NCBI GenBank assembly: GCA_030426085.1
Contig: JAUHYW010000012.1
Span: 2,425-66,424, forward strand
Length of the DNA stretch: 64,000 bases
Origin: a bacterium
Lineage (GTDB): Bacteria > Myxococcota_A > Bradymonadia > UBA7976 > UBA1532
Direction: 5' to 3'
Part shown: positions 1 to 8,878 of the stretch, in pieces
Layout: every line of letters starts with the position of its first letter
How positions within the stretch are numbered: position 1 is the first letter of the stretch
Made by a program: the position numbers and the translations under genes
Notes under the pieces: generated by a model
Database searches by the model: none
Told to the model about the DNA's origin: nothing
Seen by the model: the letters and a program-made list of their open reading frames with translations, nothing else

Positions 1-810
1 GAGGGCCGAGCTCAGCTCGTGCTTGGCCTTCTCGGCGGCCTCCTTGAGCCGCTGGAGGGCCATCTTGTCGGCCCGCAGGTCGATGCCCTCGGCGCCCTCG
101 AACTCCTCGAGCAGGAACTCGATGATGCGGAAGTCGAAGTCCTCACCGCCGAGGTAGGTGTCGCCGCTCGTCGAGCACACCTCGAAGACGCCCTCGGTCA
201 GCTCGAGCACCGAGATGTCGAACGTGCCCCCGCCCAGATCGTAGACCGCGATGCGCTGGCCGGCGTCCTTGTCCAGGCCGTAGGCCAGGGCCGCCGCCGT
301 GGGCTCGTTGATGATGCGCTTGACCTCGAGCCCGGCGATGCGGCCGGCGTCCTTCGTCGCCTGGCGCTGGGCGTCGTTGAAGTACGCCGGCACCGTGATC
401 ACCGCCTCGTGCACGTCGACCCCGAGGTAGTCCTCGGCGGTCTGCTTCATCTTGCCGAGGATGAAGCTGGCGATCTCGGCCGGGCTGTAGTCCTTGTCCC
501 GCAGGTGCATCCAGGCGTCGCCGTTGGGGGCCTTCTGCACCGTGTACGGCAGGCGGCCGAGGTGCTCGGCGAGCTCGGGCGCCTCGAACTTGCGCCCGAT
601 GAGCCGCTTGCTGGCGAAGACGGTGTGCTCGGGGTTGGTGATGGCCTGCCGCTTGGCGATCTGGCCCACCAGACGCTCGCCGCCCTCGGTGATGGCCACG
701 ATGGACGGCGTCGTACGGCTGCCCTCTGCGTTGGGGATCACGACCGGCTCGCCGCCTTCGATGTAGGCGACACAGCTGTTCGTCGTCCCGAGGTCGATCC
801 CGATGATCAT
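1..810 (-). CDS. dnaK: Molecular chaperone DnaK (Hsp70). N-terminal 270 aa in the window; the C-terminus runs past the window start.
   Basis: Reverse-complement translation from ATG at 808-810 gives [36 protein letters not shown]...[12 protein letters not shown], the canonical Hsp70 ATPase-domain motifs. The gene continues off the window edge. Confidence 0.92.
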   Translation of the reverse strand, partial: MIIGIDLGTTNSCVAYIEGGEPVVIPNAEGSRTTPSIVAITEGGERLVGQIAKRQAITNPEHTVFASKRLIGRKFEAPELAEHLGRLPYTVQKAPNGDAWMHLRDKDYSPAEIASFILGKMKQTAEDYLGVDVHEAVITVPAYFNDAQRQATKDAGRIAGLEVKRIINEPTAAALAYGLDKDAGQRIAVYDLGGGTFDISVLELTEGVFEVCSTSGDTYLGGEDFDFRIIEFLLEEFEGAEGIDLRADKMALQRLKEAAEKAKHELSSAL

Positions 811-934
811 GTCTCGAACCGCTCCCCCGCAGAGTGACCCTGCGGCCCCCGCGGCATGCGGAGCCCCCGTCAGAGTCCTCATACCTCAATATGCGGTCGA
901 ACGCGACCCCGCCGCGCGCCCGACACCCGCCCCC

Positions 935-1642
935 TCAGCCGTCGGCGTCCTCCGCCGGCGGCGCCGCGTCGGCCGGCGCCTCGTCGGCCGGCGCCGGATC
1001 GGGCGCCCGGGCCACGACGACCATCGCCGGCCGCACCAGACGACCGTTGAGGCGCCACCCCCGCTGGAACACGCTGGCGACGTGCCCCGGCGCGTAATCG
1101 GCCGTCGGCATCTCGGTCATCGCCTCGTGGACCTGCGGATCGAACGGCTGCCCCAGGGCGTCGAACGGCTCGGCGCCCTTGGTCTTGAGGGTGGTGTTGA
1201 ACTGCCGCAGCACCATCTTGACCCCGTCGGTCAGCCCGTCGGTGCCCTTGCTCTCGGCGTGCTCCACCGCCCGCTCGAGGTTGTCGATGATCGGCAGCAT
1301 GTCCCGCAGCAGGCCCTCGATGCCGAACTTGCGCATCTCCTCGCGCTCCTTGGCGAAGCGCTTGCGGGCGTTGTCCAGATCGGCCGAGATGCGATAGGCC
1401 CGCGACTTCCAGTCGGCGGCCTCGGCCATCGCCGCGTCGCGCTCGGCCATCACCTCGGCGAGCGGATCGGGCTCCGGCTCGGCGTCGCCTTCACCCTGGC
1501 CCTCGGGGGCCTCGTCGCCCACCGCCTGCCACTGGGTGGTCGGGGCCTCGTCGTCGAACGGCGCGGCGGCCGGGCGCTCTTCGGTGTCGCCGGCCTCGGG
1601 GGCCTCGGCGTCATCGGGCTGATTCGGCGTGGGATCCGACAT
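935..1642 (-). CDS. grpE: Nucleotide exchange factor GrpE
   Basis: 235-aa ORF with ATG start and a GGAGAA RBS. Acidic N-terminus followed by a conserved GrpE core (LRDMLPIIDNLERA...FDPQVHEAM). Sits between hrcA and dnaK on the same strand. Confidence 0.85.
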   Translation of the reverse strand: MSDPTPNQPDDAEAPEAGDTEERPAAAPFDDEAPTTQWQAVGDEAPEGQGEGDAEPEPDPLAEVMAERDAAMAEAADWKSRAYRISADLDNARKRFAKEREEMRKFGIEGLLRDMLPIIDNLERAVEHAESKGTDGLTDGVKMVLRQFNTTLKTKGAEPFDALGQPFDPQVHEAMTEMPTADYAPGHVASVFQRGWRLNGRLVRPAMVVVARAPDPAPADEAPADAAPPAEDADG

Positions 1643-1678
1643 GTTCTCCTCGACAGATTCTTCGGGTGTGTCCGTGCG

Positions 1679-2737
1679 TCAGGCAGCGCGCGTCGCGTGG
1701 AGGATACCGCTGATCGCGTCGGCGGTATACCCGACCCACGGGATGATGCGCGAGTAGTTCATACGCACCGGCCCGAGGATGGCAACCGCGCCCCGGGGCC
1801 GCTGCCCGTCGCCGTAGGCCGCGCACACGATCGTGCAATCGCGCAGGGCCGCCTCGCCGGTCTCGCCCCCGAAGATCACCAGCGGCCCGCCCTCGGCCAG
1901 CCCGTCGAGCAGGCGCAGCAGCAGCCGCTTGTCCTCCAGCACCCCCAGGGCCCGCAGCCGCTCGTCGTCCGCCGGCTCGAGCAGGTGGGCCCGCCCCTCG
2001 ACCACCACCGCCTCGTCGGGGCTCTCGGCCTCGGGCAGCGCCCGCTCGCCGAACTCCAGCAGCCGCCGCTCGGGATCCTGCCGCTCGGCCCGCTCGATCT
2101 GGGCCCGCAGCGCGTGGCGCACGGCCGTCAGCGCCTGCCCGCTCCACCGCTCGGCGAACAGGTCGCGGGCCCGGGCGAGCACCTCGGCCTCGACCGGCGC
2201 GTCCAACTCGACCAGCCGATCACAGACCTCGCCGCCCTCGAAGACGCACACCGCCAGCACCCGCCGGGCGCCGAGCGGCACCAGCTCGATGCGATCGACG
2301 ATCGCGTCCGCCCGCCGGGGCCGCCGCCCCACCGCCGCCATCGTGCACGCCCCGGCCAGGTGACGCGACGCCGCCCGGACCACCGCCCCCGGCCGACGCC
2401 CGGCGGCTTGCAGCTCGGCGTCCAGCGCGCTGCGGGCGGCCGGCGAGGGCCCCCGGGGGCGCAGCAGATGATCCACATAGACCCGCAGCCCGGCCTCGGT
2501 CGGCACCCGCCCGGCCGAAGTGTGCGGCTTGTCGAGCAGGCCGGCCGCCGTCAGCTCGCCCATGACCACCCGCACCGTGGCCGGGCTGACCGACAGCCGC
2601 CCGTGGCGCACCGCCGCGTCGCTGCCGACCGCGCCGCCGGTGCGCAGGTAGCCGGCGACGACCCCTCGCAGCACCCGCGCCGCCCGGGGGCTGAGGCCCC
2701 GGGGGCCGGTCCGGCGTGATGTGTCGAGAACGGTCAC
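1679..2737 (-). CDS. hrcA: Heat-inducible transcriptional repressor HrcA. Apparent GTG start.
   Basis: 352 aa with an N-terminal winged-helix region (LSPRAARVLRGVVAGYLRTGGAVGS) and HrcA-like body. First gene of the hrcA-grpE-dnaK arrangement. The start codon at 2735-2737 reads GTG on the minus strand. Confidence 0.8.
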   Translation of the reverse strand: MTVLDTSRRTGPRGLSPRAARVLRGVVAGYLRTGGAVGSDAAVRHGRLSVSPATVRVVMGELTAAGLLDKPHTSAGRVPTEAGLRVYVDHLLRPRGPSPAARSALDAELQAAGRRPGAVVRAASRHLAGACTMAAVGRRPRRADAIVDRIELVPLGARRVLAVCVFEGGEVCDRLVELDAPVEAEVLARARDLFAERWSGQALTAVRHALRAQIERAERQDPERRLLEFGERALPEAESPDEAVVVEGRAHLLEPADDERLRALGVLEDKRLLLRLLDGLAEGGPLVIFGGETGEAALRDCTIVCAAYGDGQRPRGAVAILGPVRMNYSRIIPWVGYTADAISGILHATRAA

Positions 2738-2745
2738 GGGGTCGG

Positions 2746-2775
2746 ATTCTATCGGCGGCTGCGCGGCGGGGTCAA
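2746..2775 (-). promoter_or_regulatory. Putative sigma70-like promoter for hrcA: TTGACC, 17-nt spacer, TAGAAT on the minus strand.
   Basis: The minus-strand sequence reads ttgaccCCGCCGCGCAGCCGCCGAtagaat. It ends about 9 nt before the GTG of hrcA, which would make the transcript leaderless. No CIRCE inverted repeat (TTAGCACTC-N9-GAGTGCTAA) was found. Confidence 0.25.
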
Positions 2776-2845
2776 TAGACGATAACCCATTGTATTCCAG
2801 TGTCTTGCGAGGCGACGCCCCGCTGACGTGCCCCCCGGCGCCGGC

Positions 2846-4969
2846 TCACTTCTGCTGCCACGCATAGGCCCCGTCCCAGCCCTCGGGCGGGGGGTCGACC
2901 TCGTAGCGCGCGCAGCGATCCCGCAGCAGCCGCGCCGCGCCGTCGCCCGGCGAGGCCTGCACGATCCGATCGAAGGCCGCCCGGGCGGCGGCGAAGTCCC
3001 CCGCCGTGTAGAGCCGCATCGCGGCGTCGTGGCGCTCGGCGCGGGCCCGCACCGCGGGATCGGCGCCCTCGACCGGCGCGAGCGGCTCGTAGATCGGGGT
3101 CGGGGTGAGCCGCCCCTTCACGATGATGGTGTCGACCCACCGATAGACCACCCGCCCGGCCGTCGCGCGCTGGACCTCACCGCTGACGAGGACCCGGGTG
3201 CCATACTGCTTGTTGATGCTCTCCAGGCGGGCGCAGAGGTTCATCATGTCGCCCAGGGCGGTGTACTTGAGGCGGGCGGGCGAGCCCAGGTTGCCCACCC
3301 GGGCCACGCCGACATGGACCCCGATCCGGGTCTCCAGCTCGGGCCAGCCCCGCGCCGCGAAGTCGGCGTTGAGCCGATCGAAGCGCGCCTGACACGCCAG
3401 CGTGGCGACCACCGCCCGGCGGGGGTGGTCCTCGAGCGGCACCGGGGCGTTCCAGAAGGCGATGACCGCGTCGCCGATGTACTCGATGACGGTGCCCCCG
3501 CTCTCCGCGATGCCGTCGGCGAACGCGTCGAAGTACATCCGCATCATCTCGATGAGCACATCGGGCGGGGTCGACTCGGAGAAGGTGGTGAAGCCGGCGA
3601 TGTCGGAGAACATCACCGTCAGCTCGGCCGGCTCGACGCCGAGCACCGCCTCGCCCCGGTCGAGCATGAGCCGGCGGACGACCGGCTTGGGCACGTAGCG
3701 CCCGAACGAGCGCAGGGCGCCGTTCATCGCGGCCATCGAGTCCTGCATGACCCGGATCTCAGAGAAGGCCGACGGGGGGGGCTTCTCCTCGGGGATGTCG
3801 AAGTCGGCCACCTGCCGCATGTAATCGCTGACCGCCCGGAGCGCGCCGCCCACCCGGCGGCTGAAGACGCTGATGGTGAGGCCGGTGAGCAGCATGAGGG
3901 CGGTGAAGAGCATCCAGGTGGTGCGGATGTTCTCATCGATCGGCCCGGTGAACTCCTTCTCGGGCACCGCGACCACCCCGAGCCAGTCGATGCCCCTCTG
4001 GCGGATGGAGATCGCCCGCACCAGGATGACCCGATCATCGAGCTCGAACTCGGACGTCAGCGGCCGATCGATGTCGCCGAACCCGCCCGGCCGAGCCGCG
4101 ATGTGGCGGGCGGTGGCCTGGATGAGCGGGTGCTCGAAGTCCACCGCCCGGAACAGCTCGGGCTTCGCGTTCGTCCCGCCGGCCACCCGACCCTCGACCG
4201 ACGTCGCGACCAGCTTGCCGTCCCGCTGCGCGATGAAGAGCACCCCCGCCTCGGCGTTGCCGATGCGGATGGTGCGCAGGTAGCTGGCGATGTCGGCGAG
4301 CAGCAGATCACTGGCGAGGACGCCGAGCACCGCCCCCTGCGCGTCGAAGAACGGCCGCACCGCCGTGATGGTCACCCGGGGCTCGGTCTCCTTCTTCTCA
4401 TCGAGGAAGAAAGCGTAGACCGGCGACCAGGTCGGCTTGCCCGCCTCGAGCGCCGCCCGGTACCACGGCCGCCCGCGGGTGTCGTAGTCGTCCCGGTGGG
4501 TCAGGTGGGTGCGGCTGCCGTCCCGGGCGATGATCGCGGTCATCAGGGGGCTCGGGGGCCCGGGCGCCTTGGTCACCTGATGGATGCTGCCGTCCTCGAC
4601 CTGCCGCTCCAGGCTCACCAGCTCGTTGGTCTCGAGCCCGACGAGCACCGTGCTGATGTCGGGGCGGGCGACGAGCTGCTGATAGAAGTAGTCGGCCGCG
4701 CGCAGGGGTTCGGTCAGCGGCAGCAGCCCGGCGCGGAAGGCCGCCGCGTTGAGCTCGTTGATGATGGCCGGCTCGTCGAGCAGCCGCCCGATCCGCAGCG
4801 CGACCCGCTGCCCGACCTGATCGAGCAGCGGCTCGCGGATGTCGCGCACCGCCTGGCTGCTGGCCCGGCTCCCCATCCACGCCGACAGGGACAGCACGAC
4901 CCAGATCTGGCCGAGCACCAGCACCAGCAGCAGCGCTCGGATCGAATAGGTGCGCCGGCGATTCCCCAT
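2846..4969 (-). CDS. Membrane-bound adenylate/guanylate cyclase. Signal/TM, periplasmic sensor, HAMP, class III cyclase domain, then a TPR-like tail.
   Basis: 707 aa. N-terminal TM segment, a second TM followed by a HAMP-like segment, then FSDIAGFTTFSE...IGVHVGVARVGNLGS...KYTALGDMMNLCARLE, which are class III nucleotidyl-cyclase motifs. ATG start at 4967-4969. Confidence 0.8.
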   Translation of the reverse strand: MGNRRRTYSIRALLLVLVLGQIWVVLSLSAWMGSRASSQAVRDIREPLLDQVGQRVALRIGRLLDEPAIINELNAAAFRAGLLPLTEPLRAADYFYQQLVARPDISTVLVGLETNELVSLERQVEDGSIHQVTKAPGPPSPLMTAIIARDGSRTHLTHRDDYDTRGRPWYRAALEAGKPTWSPVYAFFLDEKKETEPRVTITAVRPFFDAQGAVLGVLASDLLLADIASYLRTIRIGNAEAGVLFIAQRDGKLVATSVEGRVAGGTNAKPELFRAVDFEHPLIQATARHIAARPGGFGDIDRPLTSEFELDDRVILVRAISIRQRGIDWLGVVAVPEKEFTGPIDENIRTTWMLFTALMLLTGLTISVFSRRVGGALRAVSDYMRQVADFDIPEEKPPPSAFSEIRVMQDSMAAMNGALRSFGRYVPKPVVRRLMLDRGEAVLGVEPAELTVMFSDIAGFTTFSESTPPDVLIEMMRMYFDAFADGIAESGGTVIEYIGDAVIAFWNAPVPLEDHPRRAVVATLACQARFDRLNADFAARGWPELETRIGVHVGVARVGNLGSPARLKYTALGDMMNLCARLESINKQYGTRVLVSGEVQRATAGRVVYRWVDTIIVKGRLTPTPIYEPLAPVEGADPAVRARAERHDAAMRLYTAGDFAAARAAFDRIVQASPGDGAARLLRDRCARYEVDPPPEGWDGAYAWQQK

Positions 4970-5177
4970 GGGCGCGGCTCCTTCGACCGGATGCCGGGCC
5001 GCTGCGCGCGCGGCGGCCCGGCACCCGACGAGGATACCCCCCCGGGCGAAGAATCACACCATGAACGGAACGATACACTGATGGTGGAACCGGCGGGCGC
5101 CGGCCGACGGGGCGCGCCCGCGGCCGCCGCGGCCGTGATACCCTGCGCCGCCCGCAACCCCACCACGGAGGCGCGCG

Positions 5178-6275
5178 ATGGGCCGAGACACCGACGGCGC
5201 CCGGATCGGCGCGGCGCAGATCGAAGACTACCTGCGGCGGCACGGCTTCCCCGACGCCCGGATCACCGCCTTCGAGCCGCTGGGCGGCGACACCGCCTCG
5301 GGCATCAAGGGCTACGGCTACGGGCGCCCGCTGCGCATCCGCTTCGATGCCGGCGGCGCGACCCACGACCGGGTGCTGCGCACGATGTCGCCCGACCCCT
5401 TCGACCACGAGCGGCGGGCCGACCGGGCCGACGTGCTCCTGCTGGCCTACGACACCTTCAACCAGATCCCGCGCCACATCCGGGCCCTGGACGTGGGCGC
5501 CTTCACCGCCGACGGCCGCCTGATCTCGATGGCCGACGGCGAGGTCTTCCTGGTCACCGACTACGTCGAGGGGCGGCTCTACGCCGACGACCTCGGCGCG
5601 ATGCGGGGGCGGACCGAGGCGACATCGCTCGACCTGCTGCGGGCCCGGGCGCTGGCGGCCTACCTCGCCGAACTGCACCGGGTCGAGGCCGACCCCGGCG
5701 CCTGGACCCGTTGCCTGCGGGACACGGTGGGCAGCGGAGAGGGCATCTTCGGGCTGTGCGACAGCTACCCCGACGACCACCCGGTGGCCACCCGCGACCG
5801 GCTCGTGGCCATCGAGAAGGCGGCCATCGACTGGCGCTGGCGCCTGCGGAGCCGCACCGACCGCGCCCGGCGGACCCACGGCGACTTCCACCCGTTCAAC
5901 ATCCTCTTCCGCGAGGGCGACGACTTCTCGGTGCTCGACTGCAGCCGGGGCGCGGCGGGGGCCCCGGCCGACGACCTCGCCGCGCTGACGATCAACTACC
6001 TCTTCTTCGCGCTGAGCCACGACGGACACTTCGCCGGCGCCCTGAGAGACGCCTGGCGGGCCCTGTGGACGACCTACCTCGAGGCCGGCGACCGGGGCGT
6101 GCTCGAGACCATCGCCCCGTTCTTCGCCTGGCGGGGGCTGGTGGTCGCCAGCCCGGTCTGGTACCCGGCGGTCGACGACGGGGTGCGCGACCGGCTGCTG
6201 CGCTTTGTCGAGCGGCTGCTGGCCGGCGCCCCGTTCGACCCGTTCGACCTCGACCCGCTGCTGGGCGACCGATGA
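5178..6275 (+). CDS. Phosphotransferase-family kinase (APH / choline-kinase-like fold)
   Basis: 365 aa with a GGAG RBS. It carries the Brenner motif HGDFHPFNILF and a downstream D-x-S region typical of aminoglycoside/small-molecule phosphotransferases. Its stop overlaps the next start as ATGA. Confidence 0.6.
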   Translation: MGRDTDGARIGAAQIEDYLRRHGFPDARITAFEPLGGDTASGIKGYGYGRPLRIRFDAGGATHDRVLRTMSPDPFDHERRADRADVLLLAYDTFNQIPRHIRALDVGAFTADGRLISMADGEVFLVTDYVEGRLYADDLGAMRGRTEATSLDLLRARALAAYLAELHRVEADPGAWTRCLRDTVGSGEGIFGLCDSYPDDHPVATRDRLVAIEKAAIDWRWRLRSRTDRARRTHGDFHPFNILFREGDDFSVLDCSRGAAGAPADDLAALTINYLFFALSHDGHFAGALRDAWRALWTTYLEAGDRGVLETIAPFFAWRGLVVASPVWYPAVDDGVRDRLLRFVERLLAGAPFDPFDLDPLLGDR

Positions 6276-6832
6276 GCGAGCGAGCGCCCATCGCCGGGCT
6301 GCGCGGCGCGATCGTCTGGCTGTGCGGGGTGCCGGCGAGCGGCAAGACGACGCTCGCCGAGGGCTTGGTGGGGCGCCTGCGCGCGGCCGACGTGGACGTC
6401 CTGTGGCTCGACAGCGACGACCTGCGGGCGGTGATGACCCCCGACGGGGACTATGGCCCCCGCGACCGGGCGATCTTCTACGCCACCGTCGCCCACCTCG
6501 CGCTGCGGGCCAACCGGGGCGGCGTCACGGTGGTCATCAGCGCCACCGCGCCCCACAAGGCCCCCCGCGACGCGGTGCGGGCCGGGGCCCGGCGCTTCCA
6601 CGAGGTGTGGCTGACCTGCGACCGGGCGGCGCTGCGCGGGGCGCGGGACATCAAAGGCCTCTACGCCGCGGCCGACGCGGGCGCGATCACCCGGCTGCCG
6701 GGGGTCGGGGTGCCCTTCGAGCCGCCGACCGCGGCCGACGCGATCACGCTCGACACCACCGACACCCCGCCCGCGGCGGCGCTCGACGCGCTGCTGACGG
6801 CGCTGGGTGTGGAGGCCGGCGATCGAGGGTGA
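6272..6832 (+). CDS. Adenylyl-sulfate (APS) kinase-like P-loop kinase
   Basis: 186 aa. P-loop GVPASGKTT, then LTCDRAALRGARDIKGLYAAADAGAITRLPGVGVPFEPP, which matches the CysC C-terminal region (KGLY...G..G..FTGID.PYE.P). Translationally coupled to the upstream phosphotransferase. Confidence 0.6.
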   Translation: MSERAPIAGLRGAIVWLCGVPASGKTTLAEGLVGRLRAADVDVLWLDSDDLRAVMTPDGDYGPRDRAIFYATVAHLALRANRGGVTVVISATAPHKAPRDAVRAGARRFHEVWLTCDRAALRGARDIKGLYAAADAGAITRLPGVGVPFEPPTAADAITLDTTDTPPAAALDALLTALGVEAGDRG

Positions 6833-6865
6833 GCCCGCCGGGTCGGGGTGCCGGGCCCCTCGTCT

Positions 6866-7190
6866 GGGCGCAGCGGGCACGGCGGATGGGGGTGTCGGTC
6901 GCGCAGATTTCGAAGGGCCGACGGCGCGCCGCGCGACGCGGGTCGGGGCCGGGCCATGAGGGGCACGGCGGATCGGGGGTCGGGCAGGGCGATCGGGCGC
7001 AGCGGGCACGGCGGATGGGGGTGTCGGTCGCGCGAATTTCGAAGGGCCGACGGCGCGCCGCGCGACGCGGGTCGGGGGTGGGCCATGAGGGGCACGGCGG
7101 ATCGGGGGTCGCACAGGGCGATGGGGCGCAGCGGGCACGGCGAATCGGGGTGTCGGTCGCGCAGATTTCGAAGGGCCGACGGCGCGCCCG
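6866..7190. repeat. Tandem repeat, 129-bp unit, about 2.5 copies, in a convergent intergenic region
   Basis: Near-identical units begin at about 6866, 6995 and 7124 (GGCGCAGCGGGCACGGCGGATGGGGGTGTCGGTCGCGCAGATTTCGAAGGGCCGACGGCGCGCCGCGCGACGCGGGTCGGGG...). Each unit contains an internal sub-repeat GGCACGGCGGATSGGGGGTSGG. The third copy is truncated. Confidence 0.85.
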
Positions 7191-7201
7191 GCCGCGCTCG
7201 A

Positions 7202-8731
7202 TCAACCCCGGCCGACCCACGCCGACAGCCCGCCCGCCCGGCGGGCGGTGCCCAGCGCCCGGATCACGACGATCAGCGGCAGCACCATCACCGCCAGCTC
7301 GTGCAGCGGCGTCACCCACGGCGGGTGCAGCACCAGCGCCGCCAGCGCGCCCAGCGCCAGGAGGAAGGCCGGCCACAGCGCGGGCAGGATCAGGAACACC
7401 ACCATCCCGTTCATCGCCGTCACCAGCACCGCGTCGAACGCCTGGATGATCGGCGGGCCGACCCCGTAGACCAGCCCCACCACCGGCATCATCACCTTGG
7501 CCGGCATCATCACCAGCAGCCACAGCGCCGCCCGGCGGTGCAGCTCCGAGGCCCGCAGCACGCGGTGGAACGGCAGCAGGCAGGCCAGCAGGAACGCGCT
7601 GATCCACAGCTCGGAGACCACCAGATCGACCGCGGTGAGCGTCGCCTCCTCCGACCGCCGGACGAAGAGCGCCACCGCGATGACCACCCCGAACAGGCCG
7701 ATGACCGCCAGCCGGGCCCGCCAGCCGATCAGCTCGTCGTCCGACACCCGGGCCTCGAGCGCCGCGATGAGGGCCTCCATCGACCCGAAGCGCCGCGCCG
7801 GATCGGGCGCCAGCCCCCGCAGCACCACCTCGAGCAGCGCCCCGGGCACCGCGACGTCCGCCGGCGGGGGCAGCACCGCGCCCCGGGTGACCGCCAGCTT
7901 GAGCCCGATGAGCGAGTCCCGGGGGAACGGCGCCTGCCCGCACAGCGCCTCGTAGAACGCCACCGAGAACGCGAACTGGTCCGAGCGGGCGGTCGGCGGC
8001 TGGCGGGCCATCAGCTCGGGGGCCATGTAGGCCGGGGTGCCCATGACGTGCCCGGTGCGGGTGAGCCGGTCGACCAGCAGCCGGTCGGAGCGGGACATGT
8101 CGTCGCTGTCGGTGAAGCGGGCGTCCTGCCGCCGGGCCCGGGCGAGCAGCGCGTCGTCGTCCGCCGCGTCGTCGGCGTCGTCCGCGAGCGGGGGCGCGTC
8201 CACCGCCCGGGCGAGGCCGAAGTCGATGATGCGCGGCCGCCCGTCGCCGTCGACGAGCACGTTGTCCGGCTTGAAGTCCCGGTGCACCAGCCCCGCCGCG
8301 TGGGCCGCCGCCAGCCCCCGGGCCACCTCGCCGTACATCCGGGCCGTCTCGCGCCACGGCCGCGGCTCGGCCTGCCAGGCGCCGAGGGTCGGCCCGTCGA
8401 CGAACTCCATCGCGATGAACAGCCGCCCGTCGTGCTGCCCGACCTCGAAGATCTGGACCACGTTGGGGTGGTTCACCCGGGCCATCGCCAGGGCCTCCCG
8501 CCGGATGCGCTCCTGCTGGCGACCGGCGGTCGAGCTGCGCAGCACCTTCAGCGCCACCCGACGGTCGAGGGCCGGGTCGTAGGCCGCGTACACCGTGCCC
8601 ATCGCCCCCGCGCCGGCCTGCCCGATGAGCACGAAGCGGCCGAAGCGCGGCGCTTGCTCGGGCTCGTCGGTGGAGAGCGGGATGGGGGCGGACACGGCGG
8701 ACTCCGGCGTGATCGGGGGCCGGTCCAGCAT
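7202..8731 (-). CDS. Ser/Thr protein kinase with a C-terminal multi-pass membrane domain
   Basis: 509 aa. Kinase subdomains are present (GAMGTVYAAYD...ALKVL, HRDFKPDNVLV, DFGLAR, APE). The C-terminal approximately 180 aa hold several hydrophobic helices. Confidence 0.8.
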   Translation of the reverse strand: MLDRPPITPESAVSAPIPLSTDEPEQAPRFGRFVLIGQAGAGAMGTVYAAYDPALDRRVALKVLRSSTAGRQQERIRREALAMARVNHPNVVQIFEVGQHDGRLFIAMEFVDGPTLGAWQAEPRPWRETARMYGEVARGLAAAHAAGLVHRDFKPDNVLVDGDGRPRIIDFGLARAVDAPPLADDADDAADDDALLARARRQDARFTDSDDMSRSDRLLVDRLTRTGHVMGTPAYMAPELMARQPPTARSDQFAFSVAFYEALCGQAPFPRDSLIGLKLAVTRGAVLPPPADVAVPGALLEVVLRGLAPDPARRFGSMEALIAALEARVSDDELIGWRARLAVIGLFGVVIAVALFVRRSEEATLTAVDLVVSELWISAFLLACLLPFHRVLRASELHRRAALWLLVMMPAKVMMPVVGLVYGVGPPIIQAFDAVLVTAMNGMVVFLILPALWPAFLLALGALAALVLHPPWVTPLHELAVMVLPLIVVIRALGTARRAGGLSAWVGRG

Positions 8732-8878
8732 CGTCGAATCGACCCGATCACCGAAAGAAATGCGCGGGCGGCGGCGCCTGCCGATCTTGACGCTGCCCGG
8801 CGGCCCGCGTCAGATGACGACCACCAGTCGCGGCCGGGTCGGGCAGAACGGCCGCTCGAGACGGAGGACGCGCCCGAC

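Noticed and set aside
2738-2845. Searched for a CIRCE operator upstream of hrcA
   Set aside because: No TTAGCACTC/GAGTGCTAA half-sites are present. Reported only as an absence.
2828-6832. Very long + strand ORF (1334 aa) spanning the cyclase, phosphotransferase and APS-kinase region
   Set aside because: It is antisense to the well-supported adenylate cyclase gene over its first 2 kb. The translation is Arg/Gly/Pro-rich low-complexity sequence, typical of GC-rich shadow frames. Only its final 186 codons, the APS-kinase-like gene, look real.
6866-7190. Considered whether the tandem array is a CRISPR array
   Set aside because: The units are 129 bp, directly abutting and near-identical, with no unique spacers and no cas genes nearby. 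It is a tandem repeat.
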